Made by a program: the position numbers and the translations under genes. From a virus, in IMG/VR virus record IMGVR_UViG_3300031918_000730, positions 15,875 through 79,874 of that record: a DNA stretch of 64,000 nt. One strand, 5' to 3'. This document shows positions 47,782 to 57,287 of the stretch, one piece after another. The notes under the pieces were generated by a model. It had not been told where the DNA came from. It made no database searches and was given only the letters and a program-made list of their open reading frames with translations. Within the stretch, counting starts at the first letter, position 1. The number at the start of each line of letters is the position of its first letter.

Positions 47782-49321
47782 GTTACTTCTCAAGTTTTTC
47801 ACAAACATTGATTCCGATGTTTATGCGGCTAGAGATGCAATGCCTACTTCACTATGGGCATTTCTAGAAGGTGGATATTCTCGCTCAGAACTCTCAATGA
47901 GAGATCGTTTCCTTGCAGTGTTCAAGGAGATGACAACCAGCGACGAAGAGTACATCACTCTACTAGATGACCTCATTGGAGACGAATACCAGTCAGAGGT
48001 ATACTCCAAGGTAATGGACAAGGCAGAACAGTTCATGCGCAAGTGGGCTGTCGAGTATGGTCATTCCTCACTAAAGGACTCTGCAGTAGATAGACTTGCA
48101 ATTGAGAACGTCTCAATCAGGGCGACTAAAATTCTTGAGAATTCGTCACTTGGCGCTTTTCAGGAGAAGTCTACTCGATACATGAATTTCTCAGTAGACA
48201 ATTTCTACATCCCAGAATCTGAATTCGTTGGAGATGCTGAACGTCAGATTCTCACAGATGCAATGGTATTGTATCGTGAGGTATTGGATGCCGCTACTGA
48301 GTTTTACAAGACTCAGATTTCTCCTATGGATTTCAAGACCGAAGCCGCATTTCTCAGGACTTGTAAGGCTAAGGCATTTGACGAGGCTAGGTACTTACTA
48401 CCTACTTCGACGAAGACCTCTCTCGGAGTTACTCTTCCTACTCGCGAAACTGAGAGATGGCTTTCTGAGCTATTCGCTTCGCCTGAAAAGGAGATTCGCG
48501 ACCTAGCCGAGTTGATCAAGACCGAATGCGTTAAGATCAATCCGGGCTTGCTGAAGCATGTCACTGCAAACGCATACAGCGTCACCAAGACACTTCCTAC
48601 TTCATTGAAGTTGTATAATTCTTCAGAGAAGCCAAATCCAAAAGACATTAGCAATCTAGCACTCATCCTACCGAGCACTGGATATATCGAAGGTCTAATG
48701 GGAATGGCATACCTCGCATCTTGCGGAGTATTCGACCCTACCAGTGTCGACGAGGATGATGTTCTCAATGGAATGCTAGAAGTTCTAGAGGCTCGTGGGA
48801 AATATGACGAGTTCCCTAAATGGACCGCCTTCGGAGATAACATCTTCAGGTTCGTAATTGACATTGGTGCATATCGAGATGTCCAGCGCCACAGGGTCGG
48901 AACTCAAATTCCATCAGACTGGTGCCCTAGCTACGGGTATTCAATTCCAAGATTCCTCGAAGAGGAAGTTGCAGTTGAATTGAAGGCCAAGTATATTGCA
49001 CTATGTGAGAGAATCGAGGATGTGACTGGTAAGCTATACAAGAACGATAGGTTCGTAGCGGCTTATTTCCTAATTCTAGGAACCAATATCAACGTAGTAT
49101 ACAATTGCAATTTCAGGCAGTTGGCATACTTCATCGAACTGCGTAGCGGACCTTCAGGTCACTATTCATATCGCACACTGGCACAGGGCATGTACGAACT
49201 GGTGAAGGATAATTACCCTCTGATTTCGAAATATATCAGAGTAGACATGAGCGGATATTCAGATAGAAGAGCCGCTGAAGAGAAGATTCAAGAGAAAATC
49301 CAGAAGGCAAAGGAATCATAA
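47711..49321 (+). CDS. thyX: FAD-dependent thymidylate synthase, long two-domain type
   Basis: YGHSS, QEKSTRY, ARYLLP, YRDVQRHR, IELRSGPSGHYSYR. Confidence 0.88.
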   Translation: MKSTMQYRDHRLERLVVYSTIETKLLLKFFTNIDSDVYAARDAMPTSLWAFLEGGYSRSELSMRDRFLAVFKEMTTSDEEYITLLDDLIGDEYQSEVYSKVMDKAEQFMRKWAVEYGHSSLKDSAVDRLAIENVSIRATKILENSSLGAFQEKSTRYMNFSVDNFYIPESEFVGDAERQILTDAMVLYREVLDAATEFYKTQISPMDFKTEAAFLRTCKAKAFDEARYLLPTSTKTSLGVTLPTRETERWLSELFASPEKEIRDLAELIKTECVKINPGLLKHVTANAYSVTKTLPTSLKLYNSSEKPNPKDISNLALILPSTGYIEGLMGMAYLASCGVFDPTSVDEDDVLNGMLEVLEARGKYDEFPKWTAFGDNIFRFVIDIGAYRDVQRHRVGTQIPSDWCPSYGYSIPRFLEEEVAVELKAKYIALCERIEDVTGKLYKNDRFVAAYFLILGTNINVVYNCNFRQLAYFIELRSGPSGHYSYRTLAQGMYELVKDNYPLISKYIRVDMSGYSDRRAAEEKIQEKIQKAKES

Positions 49322-49614
49322 TGGACGTGAACACTCGACAAGACGATACTGGTGTAGTAAAAGGAAACTTCAGATCATGTACACTGGCTAGGCCGACGCC
49401 TGCTGGAGTAGAATCTCAGGTTTCTTTGATCCCCGAGAAGTTCGCCAATGTAGGAAGGAGACTGGAACTGAATGCTAACGGTGAATGGAAAGATTGGACC
49501 GTCCTCAGTGCATCCGAGAACCTAATTGTAGACCCAATCGATTCTCGAATCTTAATCAAGTCGCACCGTAGAGCTACCGGAGATTCTATGAAGCGCACTG
49601 CTCCACAGAAGTAA
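49321..49614 (+). CDS. hypothetical protein
   Basis: 97 aa; coupled to thyX. Confidence 0.6.
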   Translation: MDVNTRQDDTGVVKGNFRSCTLARPTPAGVESQVSLIPEKFANVGRRLELNANGEWKDWTVLSASENLIVDPIDSRILIKSHRRATGDSMKRTAPQK

Positions 49615-49619
49615 ATTGA

Positions 49620-49967
49620 ATGATCATCGCTAAGCTCTACAACATCTTAGAGCATCTGATAGCGAACGGAGTCCCCCTTCATACCGAAATGAAGGTGGGA
49701 CTTTATCTTGAAGATGGTAATGGTAAGATGGTAGTCAATTCGATGGATCTAAATGGACTTGTCGCTGACTCTTCGGCTAATGTAGTTTACTTAGCATGTG
49801 GAGATAGGGAGATTCCATTCGAGTTACATCATACTCAAGAAAAGCCACATGAATGGGAAACTTTTGTTCTAATGGTCGACGGGTCTGAAGCTAATGAGCA
49901 AGATTCACCTCTATTACTAGAACATGAAGAAGTCAAGTTCGTGGTTGACAAGTCGAAGGCACTGTAG
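49620..49967 (+). CDS. hypothetical protein
   Basis: 115-aa ORF. Confidence 0.6.
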   Translation: MIIAKLYNILEHLIANGVPLHTEMKVGLYLEDGNGKMVVNSMDLNGLVADSSANVVYLACGDREIPFELHHTQEKPHEWETFVLMVDGSEANEQDSPLLLEHEEVKFVVDKSKAL

Positions 49968-49973
49968 TATCTT
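49945..49973 (+). promoter_or_regulatory. host sigma70-type early promoter of the NAD salvage operon
   Basis: TTGACA-N17-TATCTT. Confidence 0.7.
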
Positions 49974-49996
49974 TCTCCCAACAGAAAGGTTCTACT

Positions 49997-50545
49997 ATGA
50001 AACTACACCCTCGAATAGTCAAGATTCTTGATAGAATCGCTAAACCCTTCGGACTTATCCTGCATAACCCGGAGAAGCCTCATCTGCCGTGGCCGACATC
50101 GTTTTCCACGGTAGACATTGCAATCATCGACCCGTACAAGCACACTATCCTCCTCGGCAAGAAGAGGGCTACTGGTCGCTGGTGTATCATCGGTGGATTC
50201 ACCGACGCAAGCTCGTTGACTGACGAGGAAGATGCGATTCGTGAACTCAAGGAAGAGACTGGAATCGTCGCTCAAGAACACGAACTTCGATACATCGGAA
50301 ACTTCAAGATTCCCGATGGACGTTATGAAAATACCCCCCATGCAATTCGCACCCACTACTATATCCTGAAGGTCGATTCGGATAAAGTACCTTCGGGTCC
50401 GGATGCGCCTGAAGATCCAGAAATCGAAACCACTGAATGGTTCAGCCTGAAGGATCGATTTGATCTGATTGAGGGCGATGATCCTTTCATTGGGCCTGCA
50501 CACAAGATCCTGATCAGCGCACTCAAGCGTCACCTCGGAGCCTAA
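49997..50545 (+). CDS. Nudix hydrolase (ADP-ribose pyrophosphatase-like)
   Basis: GGFTD...EEDAIRELKEETG Nudix box; TVD motif as in NadM-Nudix proteins. Confidence 0.85.
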   Translation: MKLHPRIVKILDRIAKPFGLILHNPEKPHLPWPTSFSTVDIAIIDPYKHTILLGKKRATGRWCIIGGFTDASSLTDEEDAIRELKEETGIVAQEHELRYIGNFKIPDGRYENTPHAIRTHYYILKVDSDKVPSGPDAPEDPEIETTEWFSLKDRFDLIEGDDPFIGPAHKILISALKRHLGA

Positions 50546-50546
50546 G

Positions 50547-51755
50547 ATGCTCACTGAACTGCGAAACTATCTTGAGAAGGAAGATCTCAAGGCGTATATC
50601 GTCGAAATCGGCGCAGGTTGTCCGATTGCTCATGGACTCTATCAGTGCCCCGGAGCTTCGAAGGTAGTGTACCATAGCGAAAGCCCATATGGTAGCGCAA
50701 AGCATAAGTACCCGAGCATTGGGAATCATCGAATGGTTTCCAAGGAAGCAGTAGCTTCGATTCTCGACTCGGTGAAGGATGCGATGATTCGTAGCTTCAA
50801 CTACATTATCGCAACTTCTTTTCAAGTCAGATCTGGAGAAGACGATGATAGGGTTCCCCATGGATGGGTCGCTATCGCTAGATATGTGAAAGGTGAATGG
50901 GAAGACAAGTTCTATCACCTCACACTCTGCGATTACGAGACTGGTAAGTTCTATTCGAGGGAGAAGTCCTTAGAGATCATTGCCGATGAAGTCTCTGCTA
51001 TTATTCTCAATACCAAAGAGAATAGTACAGTCGACATTGGATATAATTACGATCTCCTGAATAGTAAGTGTCCAGTATTCTTCAAGGACGGAAAGCCAGT
51101 TCGACTTGAAGATGTGGCTAGGAAGTATCGAAGGATCGCACTCTACAAGGGATCTTTCAATCCAATTCACCATGGACACGTTCAGATCGCAAAGGCAGTC
51201 GAGGATGAAGATACTTTGGTTATCTTCGCAATCTCGAAGAATACTTACCAGAAAGGTGAAGCTCAGAATGAGTCGATCCTTACTCGATTAGATATGATCG
51301 ACTCTGAAAATTTCATGTCAGCAGTATTCGAAATTGGATACTTCTACGACAACGTCAGATACTTGGTTGAGCGAACTGGCCTCTATGTAGATCTCATCAT
51401 GGGTGTCGATACGTTCAATAGGCTGATCAAGTGCTATGAAACTTTCGAATTCTCTGCAAGTGAACGCAGTGCTATTCTTGGATTCATATCGATGCATAAT
51501 CTGGATGTGAATACTGAAGCGATTACTGTCGAAGATGTGATCGCGAAACACAGGTCTTTGATTTTCAATTGGAATTTCAGAGGCATCGGCTTTCAGGTTT
51601 TTGGCCGTAAGGAAGAACCTCACGTCACTGACATCATGGTGGACTACGTCTTCCATAGAAACTTCGATTGCGCAGTCTCTTCATCGGAGATTCGGCAATT
51701 AATAGTGTCCGGAGACACGGAAACAGCAAATAAACTGATGAAAGGGAGCCTATAA
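50547..51755 (+). CDS. CinA-like / NMN adenylyltransferase fusion
   Basis: N-terminal GAG....L...PGASK; C-terminal GSFNPIHHGH, MGVDT, SSSEIR. Confidence 0.78.
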   Translation: MLTELRNYLEKEDLKAYIVEIGAGCPIAHGLYQCPGASKVVYHSESPYGSAKHKYPSIGNHRMVSKEAVASILDSVKDAMIRSFNYIIATSFQVRSGEDDDRVPHGWVAIARYVKGEWEDKFYHLTLCDYETGKFYSREKSLEIIADEVSAIILNTKENSTVDIGYNYDLLNSKCPVFFKDGKPVRLEDVARKYRRIALYKGSFNPIHHGHVQIAKAVEDEDTLVIFAISKNTYQKGEAQNESILTRLDMIDSENFMSAVFEIGYFYDNVRYLVERTGLYVDLIMGVDTFNRLIKCYETFEFSASERSAILGFISMHNLDVNTEAITVEDVIAKHRSLIFNWNFRGIGFQVFGRKEEPHVTDIMVDYVFHRNFDCAVSSSEIRQLIVSGDTETANKLMKGSL

Positions 51756-53179
51756 TGCACAATACTTGGAAGATGCTCGGAATGAGCATTGCAACTGCAA
51801 CTGATTCGTACAAGGCCAGCCAAGCACACCAGTACCCAAAGAATACTCGTCGAGTTACTTCGCACATGGTTGCCCGTGGTAGCACCATTGCAGATTACGT
51901 CTTGTGGTATGGAATCAACTACTACCTCAAGGCATATCTCGAAGGCGTCATTCTTACCCGGAAGGACGTGGACATTGCCGAGAAATTCTGGGATGCTCAC
52001 TTTGGAAGCAAGATCTTTGATCGTACTCTCTGGGATTACATCGTAGACAATTGCGGAGGGAAACTCCCGATTCGTATTCGTGCTGTCCGTGAAGGTACCA
52101 AGGCCAAGAACCACAACGTGCTCATGATCATCGAGAATACCGATGACAAGTGCTGGTGGTTGACCAATTACATCGAGACTCTTCTGATGAAGGTCTGGTA
52201 TACTTGCACCATCGGAACAAACTCGGCTGAGATTCGCAAGATCATCTCGAAGTACCTCGAAGAGACTGGAACTCCTGCAGACATCTGGTTCAAGTGTCAC
52301 GACTTCGGAGGTCGCGGAGTTTCGTCGGAAGAGACTGCGGCCCTTGGAGCCTCGGCGCATCTGCTTTCGTTCATGGGCACAGATACTGTCGCAGGCATTT
52401 TCCTTGCACAGGCATTCTACAATACCGCCAACATGATCGGGTTCTCGGTACCTGCAAGCGAACACAGCACCATCACTAGCTGGGGTCGCGAGGGTGAGGT
52501 TCTCGCATTCGAAAACATGCTCGACAAGTTCCCCACTGGAATTGTCGCTTGCGTCTCGGATTCGTTCCACATTCTCGAAGCTATCGACAAGTGGGGGACT
52601 CTGAAGCACAAGATCGAGAATCGCAAGGGACGCCTCGTGATCCGTCCCGACTCGGGAGATCCGGCCCGTACTGACCTCGCGGTCATCGAGAAGATCGGCG
52701 CAGTTTTCGGATACACTGTCAACGAGAAGGGATACAAGGTTCTCCCCGATTACATCCGAGTCATTCAGGGTGATGGAGTTTCGCGCACCAGCATCGCGCA
52801 TATTCTCGAAACCCTTAAGAATGCGGGATGGTCGGCAGACAATATCGGATTCGGTTCGGGCGGAAAGCTCCTTCAGGACTTCAATCGTGACGATTTCAAC
52901 TTCGCAATTAAGTGCTGTGAAGTGGATGTCGACGGAGAAACCCGCTACATCGAAAAGACTCCGGTCGAAATCAATGCCGACGGCGAACTGGTATTCAGCT
53001 TCAAGACCTCGAAGAAGGGCAACATGAAACTCGTCAAGGATGGAGACGGATTCCGCACCGTCACCGCACTCGACGAGGGATATGCCGACGCCATCGACGA
53101 GATGGAAGTCATCTACGAGAACGGAGATGTCAAGATCGAGCCAGTCTACGAAGATGTCCGAGCCTTGGCAGTCGCGTAA
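51755..53179 (+). CDS. nadV: nicotinamide phosphoribosyltransferase
   Basis: TDSYKASQ, HDFGGRG, SVPASEHS, VSDS, IRPDSGDP, IQGDG, FGSGGKLLQ. Confidence 0.95.
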   Translation: MHNTWKMLGMSIATATDSYKASQAHQYPKNTRRVTSHMVARGSTIADYVLWYGINYYLKAYLEGVILTRKDVDIAEKFWDAHFGSKIFDRTLWDYIVDNCGGKLPIRIRAVREGTKAKNHNVLMIIENTDDKCWWLTNYIETLLMKVWYTCTIGTNSAEIRKIISKYLEETGTPADIWFKCHDFGGRGVSSEETAALGASAHLLSFMGTDTVAGIFLAQAFYNTANMIGFSVPASEHSTITSWGREGEVLAFENMLDKFPTGIVACVSDSFHILEAIDKWGTLKHKIENRKGRLVIRPDSGDPARTDLAVIEKIGAVFGYTVNEKGYKVLPDYIRVIQGDGVSRTSIAHILETLKNAGWSADNIGFGSGGKLLQDFNRDDFNFAIKCCEVDVDGETRYIEKTPVEINADGELVFSFKTSKKGNMKLVKDGDGFRTVTALDEGYADAIDEMEVIYENGDVKIEPVYEDVRALAVA

Positions 53180-53202
53180 GCGCAACCGTCAGTAGGAAAG
53201 AG

Positions 53203-53230
53203 AAGGCCGACCTTAGGGTTGGCCTTTTTT
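53203..53230 (+). terminator. intrinsic terminator ending the NAD operon
   Basis: AAGGCCGACC-TTAG-GGTTGGCCTT-TTTT. Confidence 0.88.
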
Positions 53231-53248
53231 GCGTGCTACAATATTCGC

Positions 53249-53752
53249 ATGGAACAACACACTACAATCAAGACCGACCTCAATGGTACAATCCGCAACC
53301 GTGGCTTCATTCGCGCACAGGATAGCGCAGTGGCGGCTACTGAGGGCTTCACGATGCCCCGCAGGTCTACCAAGCTGTCCGCAGGCTACGACCTCTTCAA
53401 CAACACCGGAGAGGCCATTGTACTAAAGGCAGGCACTACTTCAGACAAGATCTCGACTGGCGTCATTGCTGTGATGAGATCAGATGAATACCTTGCCGTC
53501 TTTGTGCGTAGTGGACATGGATTTAAGTTCAGTGCTCGACTCGCCAACTCGACAGGTATCATCGATGCAGATTACATGAAGGAAATCTTCCTCAAGATCC
53601 GCAATCCGTATGATACTGACATCGTAATTCCCGCAGGCGAGGCAATCGCACAGGGTATTTTCATGAACTACCTCACCACCGACGACGACTCGGAAACTGT
53701 AGGCGGAGATAGAACTGGCGGATTGGGTTCAACCAACGCAACGAAAGGCTAA
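53249..53752 (+). CDS. dut: trimeric dUTPase; start revised to 53249
   Basis: SAGYDL, RSG, GIIDADY, AQG, RTGGLGST; TGCTACAAT at 53234-53242. Confidence 0.92.
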   Translation: MEQHTTIKTDLNGTIRNRGFIRAQDSAVAATEGFTMPRRSTKLSAGYDLFNNTGEAIVLKAGTTSDKISTGVIAVMRSDEYLAVFVRSGHGFKFSARLANSTGIIDADYMKEIFLKIRNPYDTDIVIPAGEAIAQGIFMNYLTTDDDSETVGGDRTGGLGSTNATKG

Positions 53753-53757
53753 TTAGA

Positions 53758-54564
53758 ATGGGTGACAAGACAAAACTGTCTATTTCACCCATTTTCTTTA
53801 ATTTGATGGCAAGTCTGTCGACCACTTCAATGGGGCAGACTTGGTATTTTGTTAGGGAGAATGGGAAGATTGCATCTCGTAAGTGCGATGAGGCAATCGG
53901 TACGATAGTAATGAACATGGAGTTGGACGATTATGCGTTTTCCTTTGAGGAGAATGACATCACGTTCCATAATTTCAAGGAATTCCTCAATGCCTTGAAG
54001 ATTCAGGACTATCCCAAGAGCGACGTTACCCTCACACGACAGGTTTATCGTGGAACTGACGCCATCCTGATCAAACAGGGTAAGTCAAATATCTACCATC
54101 GTCTAAGTCGTAAGGATAGATACGCTCGTAGGTTCGGATTTGACGACTATGCAGACGTTTCTGCCATGGTTGCAGACCCAGATCTCCCCAAGATGCTCTC
54201 ATTTGACCTGAGTAAGGAAACTATTCAGGCCATTTACGAGAAAGCATCCAAGTTCAAGTCTGAGACTATCTCATTCTCGAAGAATTCTGATGGAGTTGTA
54301 CTCAATTTCACTTCAGAATCCGACAAGATCTGCGAATACACTTACGATCTTGAGCCAGACGAGGTTCTCAACTTCGATACTGCCAATATCACCTCGAATA
54401 CCAAGTTCCCATACGCATTCTTCCATATCCTGCGTTCAATCAGCAGTGATGTTAGGGTTCACGTCTTCGGAACTGATGGTAGAGGTATCTTGGCCTTCAC
54501 TGGAGAGTACCTTAATGGGAATGTCAACGTAAAATTCAACGCATCTTGCCCTTCAAGGATCTAA
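53758..54564 (+). CDS. gp45: sliding clamp (T4 gp45-like)
   Basis: Size, position directly before the clamp loader, ITFHNFKEFLNAL pattern. Confidence 0.65.
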   Translation: MGDKTKLSISPIFFNLMASLSTTSMGQTWYFVRENGKIASRKCDEAIGTIVMNMELDDYAFSFEENDITFHNFKEFLNALKIQDYPKSDVTLTRQVYRGTDAILIKQGKSNIYHRLSRKDRYARRFGFDDYADVSAMVADPDLPKMLSFDLSKETIQAIYEKASKFKSETISFSKNSDGVVLNFTSESDKICEYTYDLEPDEVLNFDTANITSNTKFPYAFFHILRSISSDVRVHVFGTDGRGILAFTGEYLNGNVNVKFNASCPSRI

Positions 54565-54565
54565 A

Positions 54566-55540
54566 ATGGAAGAAGTAGCACTCGTAGACACTATTTGGTG
54601 TGAAAAGTACCGTGCAGAGCGACTAGATGATCTGATTCTACCAGACAGGCTCATGACATTCCTTAGATCTGCAGTCGAGCACCCGATGCAGTTCCCTAAT
54701 CTCATGTTCCACTCCTCGGGTGCAGGTCTGATGAAGACAACTGCCGCTCGTGTACTGGCAAATGAGATGGTCATTCGCTACGGAACCAAGTCGAAGTTCA
54801 TTAACTCTTCACAGGATGGTAATAAAGAGACGATCAAGCAGGAAATTGTCGAATGGGGTTCATATAATGGATACTCCAAGGCACCTAAGATCGTAATCCT
54901 CGACGAAACCGACAAGAGCAATGAGAAGACCTTCCTAAGTCCTCTACTCGCCTCAATCGAGGAGTTGAATCAGTCTGTTCGATTCATCATGACCTCGAAT
55001 GACCTCACCAATTTCTCGGAGTACTCCGATTCTAGGGTCGAAGTCATTGACTTCTCACTGCAGAATGCAGACGAAGTCGTTGAGATGAAGAAGAAGATCT
55101 ACGCGAGACTCCAACATATCTGTACTACTGAGAAAGTGAATTATGACCTGAAGACTCTTCAGGCATTGATCAATACTTTCTTCCCAGATACTCGCAAGGT
55201 CATGACTCGCATGTACAGTTGCTATCTCCGTAATGGAGAGGTATGCGGTACTGACTTCTCCAATAAGGCATCGTTCGACAAGTACTCCAGACTTCAAGAA
55301 CTACTTTTGGGTGGCGACTTTGTCAGTGCCCGTAACGTATACAATACAATGCCTCCCGAGAATGACATCTTCACCGCACTAATGTCTGACATGGTGACGA
55401 AGATTGCAGATCCGATGAAGCAGATGAAGGTAGTATGCGCGATCAGGAAGCACATGGTACCTCATAATGCAGTGATCGATAAGGAAATCAATATCGCATC
55501 AATGTTTGCTGAAATCATAATGACCCTGAAGGCACCCTAA
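54566..55540 (+). CDS. gp44: clamp loader AAA+ subunit (T4 gp44-like)
   Basis: WCEKYR...DDLILP, KTT, VILDETD, RFIMTSN, FFPDTRK. Confidence 0.9.
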   Translation: MEEVALVDTIWCEKYRAERLDDLILPDRLMTFLRSAVEHPMQFPNLMFHSSGAGLMKTTAARVLANEMVIRYGTKSKFINSSQDGNKETIKQEIVEWGSYNGYSKAPKIVILDETDKSNEKTFLSPLLASIEELNQSVRFIMTSNDLTNFSEYSDSRVEVIDFSLQNADEVVEMKKKIYARLQHICTTEKVNYDLKTLQALINTFFPDTRKVMTRMYSCYLRNGEVCGTDFSNKASFDKYSRLQELLLGGDFVSARNVYNTMPPENDIFTALMSDMVTKIADPMKQMKVVCAIRKHMVPHNAVIDKEINIASMFAEIIMTLKAP

Positions 55541-56004
55541 TGTCAGACGAGCACTTGGCTCAGGCCGCTGAAGGTGTAATAGATGGAATGGCAGACTATG
55601 AGAATCATGAACTCAAGGGATTCCGTCGAACTATCGCGGAAGACGTTAAGGAATTACTCATAGAATCCAATCCAACTCTAATGCTGAACAACTCACCTGA
55701 ATTAGTAATGATCATGGTGAGCAACATCTATTCTTCAGATCCGTGCTCGTCTTGCAGTGAGAATCTATCCAATGTCACCGAATGGCTAGGTAAGAATGAC
55801 CATTTCGATAACAATGTGAGAGTATTGCTAGTAGATGCGCTCAATGGATTTGACAGCAAGAAGATATGGGAGAAGCTGAAGGTTAGTTTCGACGACGTAC
55901 CTCTCACCCTATTCTTCAATGAATCACTAGGATTGATTGATGTGGTGCAGGGTGTGATGTCGGTCAACTACCTTGAGATGTTTTGGACGGAACACTTCTC
56001 TTAA
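55540..56004 (+). CDS. thioredoxin-fold protein
   Basis: CSSC motif and VPLTLFF cis-Pro strand. Confidence 0.6.
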   Translation: MSDEHLAQAAEGVIDGMADYENHELKGFRRTIAEDVKELLIESNPTLMLNNSPELVMIMVSNIYSSDPCSSCSENLSNVTEWLGKNDHFDNNVRVLLVDALNGFDSKKIWEKLKVSFDDVPLTLFFNESLGLIDVVQGVMSVNYLEMFWTEHFS

Positions 56005-56034
56005 AAAACTCAAAAATCCGAACTAAATATTTGG

Positions 56035-57057
56035 ATGGTGAGAATATCAGAAGATGTCGTAAATGTAGTAGGTGATTCACTAGAGGCTTGTTTGTATTCC
56101 AGATACTTAGCCTCTAAGCCGAACATCACAAAGGTTAACCACTATACTACTGGCGAGTATGGTGGTTTTTATTTTGATAAGAATAAGGATTCAGCGTACT
56201 GCGCACTATTCCTCACTGCAGGTCAACTGGATAAGATCCTGAAGTTCCTACCTGACCTAGATTTCCGACAGGTCACCGAGAACCACCTGAAGGTTCCAGT
56301 TAAGAAGATTAAGTTCAGCAGTCAATATGACGAGTATGTCGCATATCCGCTCAATAAGAGTAGCTTCGAAGTTGAAATGGACTACAATGACAATGTCTTG
56401 AAGTCTTTCACTCCTGAGGAATTCATAGCCGAGTATAAAGAGCACAAGAATATCACTAAGCTAATGAAGACGATATTCTCTGATCAACTATACCTCAACA
56501 TCATGAAAAAGGTCGGATGTAATCAATGGAACACTAACCAGAGTCAGTTAGACGCTGGGCGATTGTACAGTATGCTACACCTAGGTCAACTTACTAGTGA
56601 AACTCCCTTCGAGTATTACCATCCAGTCAATGGAGTATCTGCAATGTGCGAGGATCTACTTTCAGATCCTAAGATTTCAGTTCACGTCGATAGTAGGAAG
56701 AACATAAAGGCTAGGACCAAGGCCCAAACTAATTTAGTTACTTACCTATTCGAATACATTGACTACTACATGGACTTCATGTTCGGTGGATTCGAGTATA
56801 TGAAGGGACATACCGACATCCATAGTAAGAGCATATCGGAGTATAAGTACTTTAGAGTATACACTCCATTCGACAAGAAGTACTATGCTTACTTTGGAGT
56901 GGACTCGACTACATATAAGGTGTGGAATGAGCAGGTCGCCATTAGCTCACACTCATACGGTAGAATGGCACTCATCCCAAGTCAGGCTAACTATAGAAAA
57001 CTAAACGACTATCGCAAAATTTCACTAGTCAGTAGAAATTTTAAGGTTCTCATCTAG
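56035..57057 (+). CDS. degenerate UDP-galactopyranose mutase (Glf)-like protein
   Basis: Colinear Glf-like blocks (YPLN, NQWN, HPVNGVSAMCEDLL) but GxGxxG replaced by GDSLEA; late promoter at 56024-56029. Confidence 0.55.
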   Translation: MVRISEDVVNVVGDSLEACLYSRYLASKPNITKVNHYTTGEYGGFYFDKNKDSAYCALFLTAGQLDKILKFLPDLDFRQVTENHLKVPVKKIKFSSQYDEYVAYPLNKSSFEVEMDYNDNVLKSFTPEEFIAEYKEHKNITKLMKTIFSDQLYLNIMKKVGCNQWNTNQSQLDAGRLYSMLHLGQLTSETPFEYYHPVNGVSAMCEDLLSDPKISVHVDSRKNIKARTKAQTNLVTYLFEYIDYYMDFMFGGFEYMKGHTDIHSKSISEYKYFRVYTPFDKKYYAYFGVDSTTYKVWNEQVAISSHSYGRMALIPSQANYRKLNDYRKISLVSRNFKVLI

Positions 57058-57077
57058 TTTCAGATAAAATAGTAAGT

Positions 57078-57287
57078 ATGATAGGCGACGAAACAGTCAA
57101 TGGCAAAAAAGTCTTCAATGTTGACTTTCTAGATTTCTGTAGAATTGTTACCAGAAGTGAAAGGAGAACAAAGTTCTCCCTAGATAATGAGCCGCTGATG
57201 GAGCATATTGTGAAGACCAGATATGCTCGTAAGTTTGTAATTCAGTTCGATGGAGTTATCCTCGACGCTGAATCACTTGGCCGATGA
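57078..57287 (+). CDS. small hypothetical protein
   Basis: 69 aa; TAAAAT box 7 nt upstream. Confidence 0.55.
   Translation: MIGDETVNGKKVFNVDFLDFCRIVTRSERRTKFSLDNEPLMEHIVKTRYARKFVIQFDGVILDAESLGR

Noticed and set aside
51644-53185. 513-aa antisense ORF over nadV
   Set aside because: It mirrors the strongly biased codons of nadV, which avoid antisense stops; no motifs, promoter or SD were seen.
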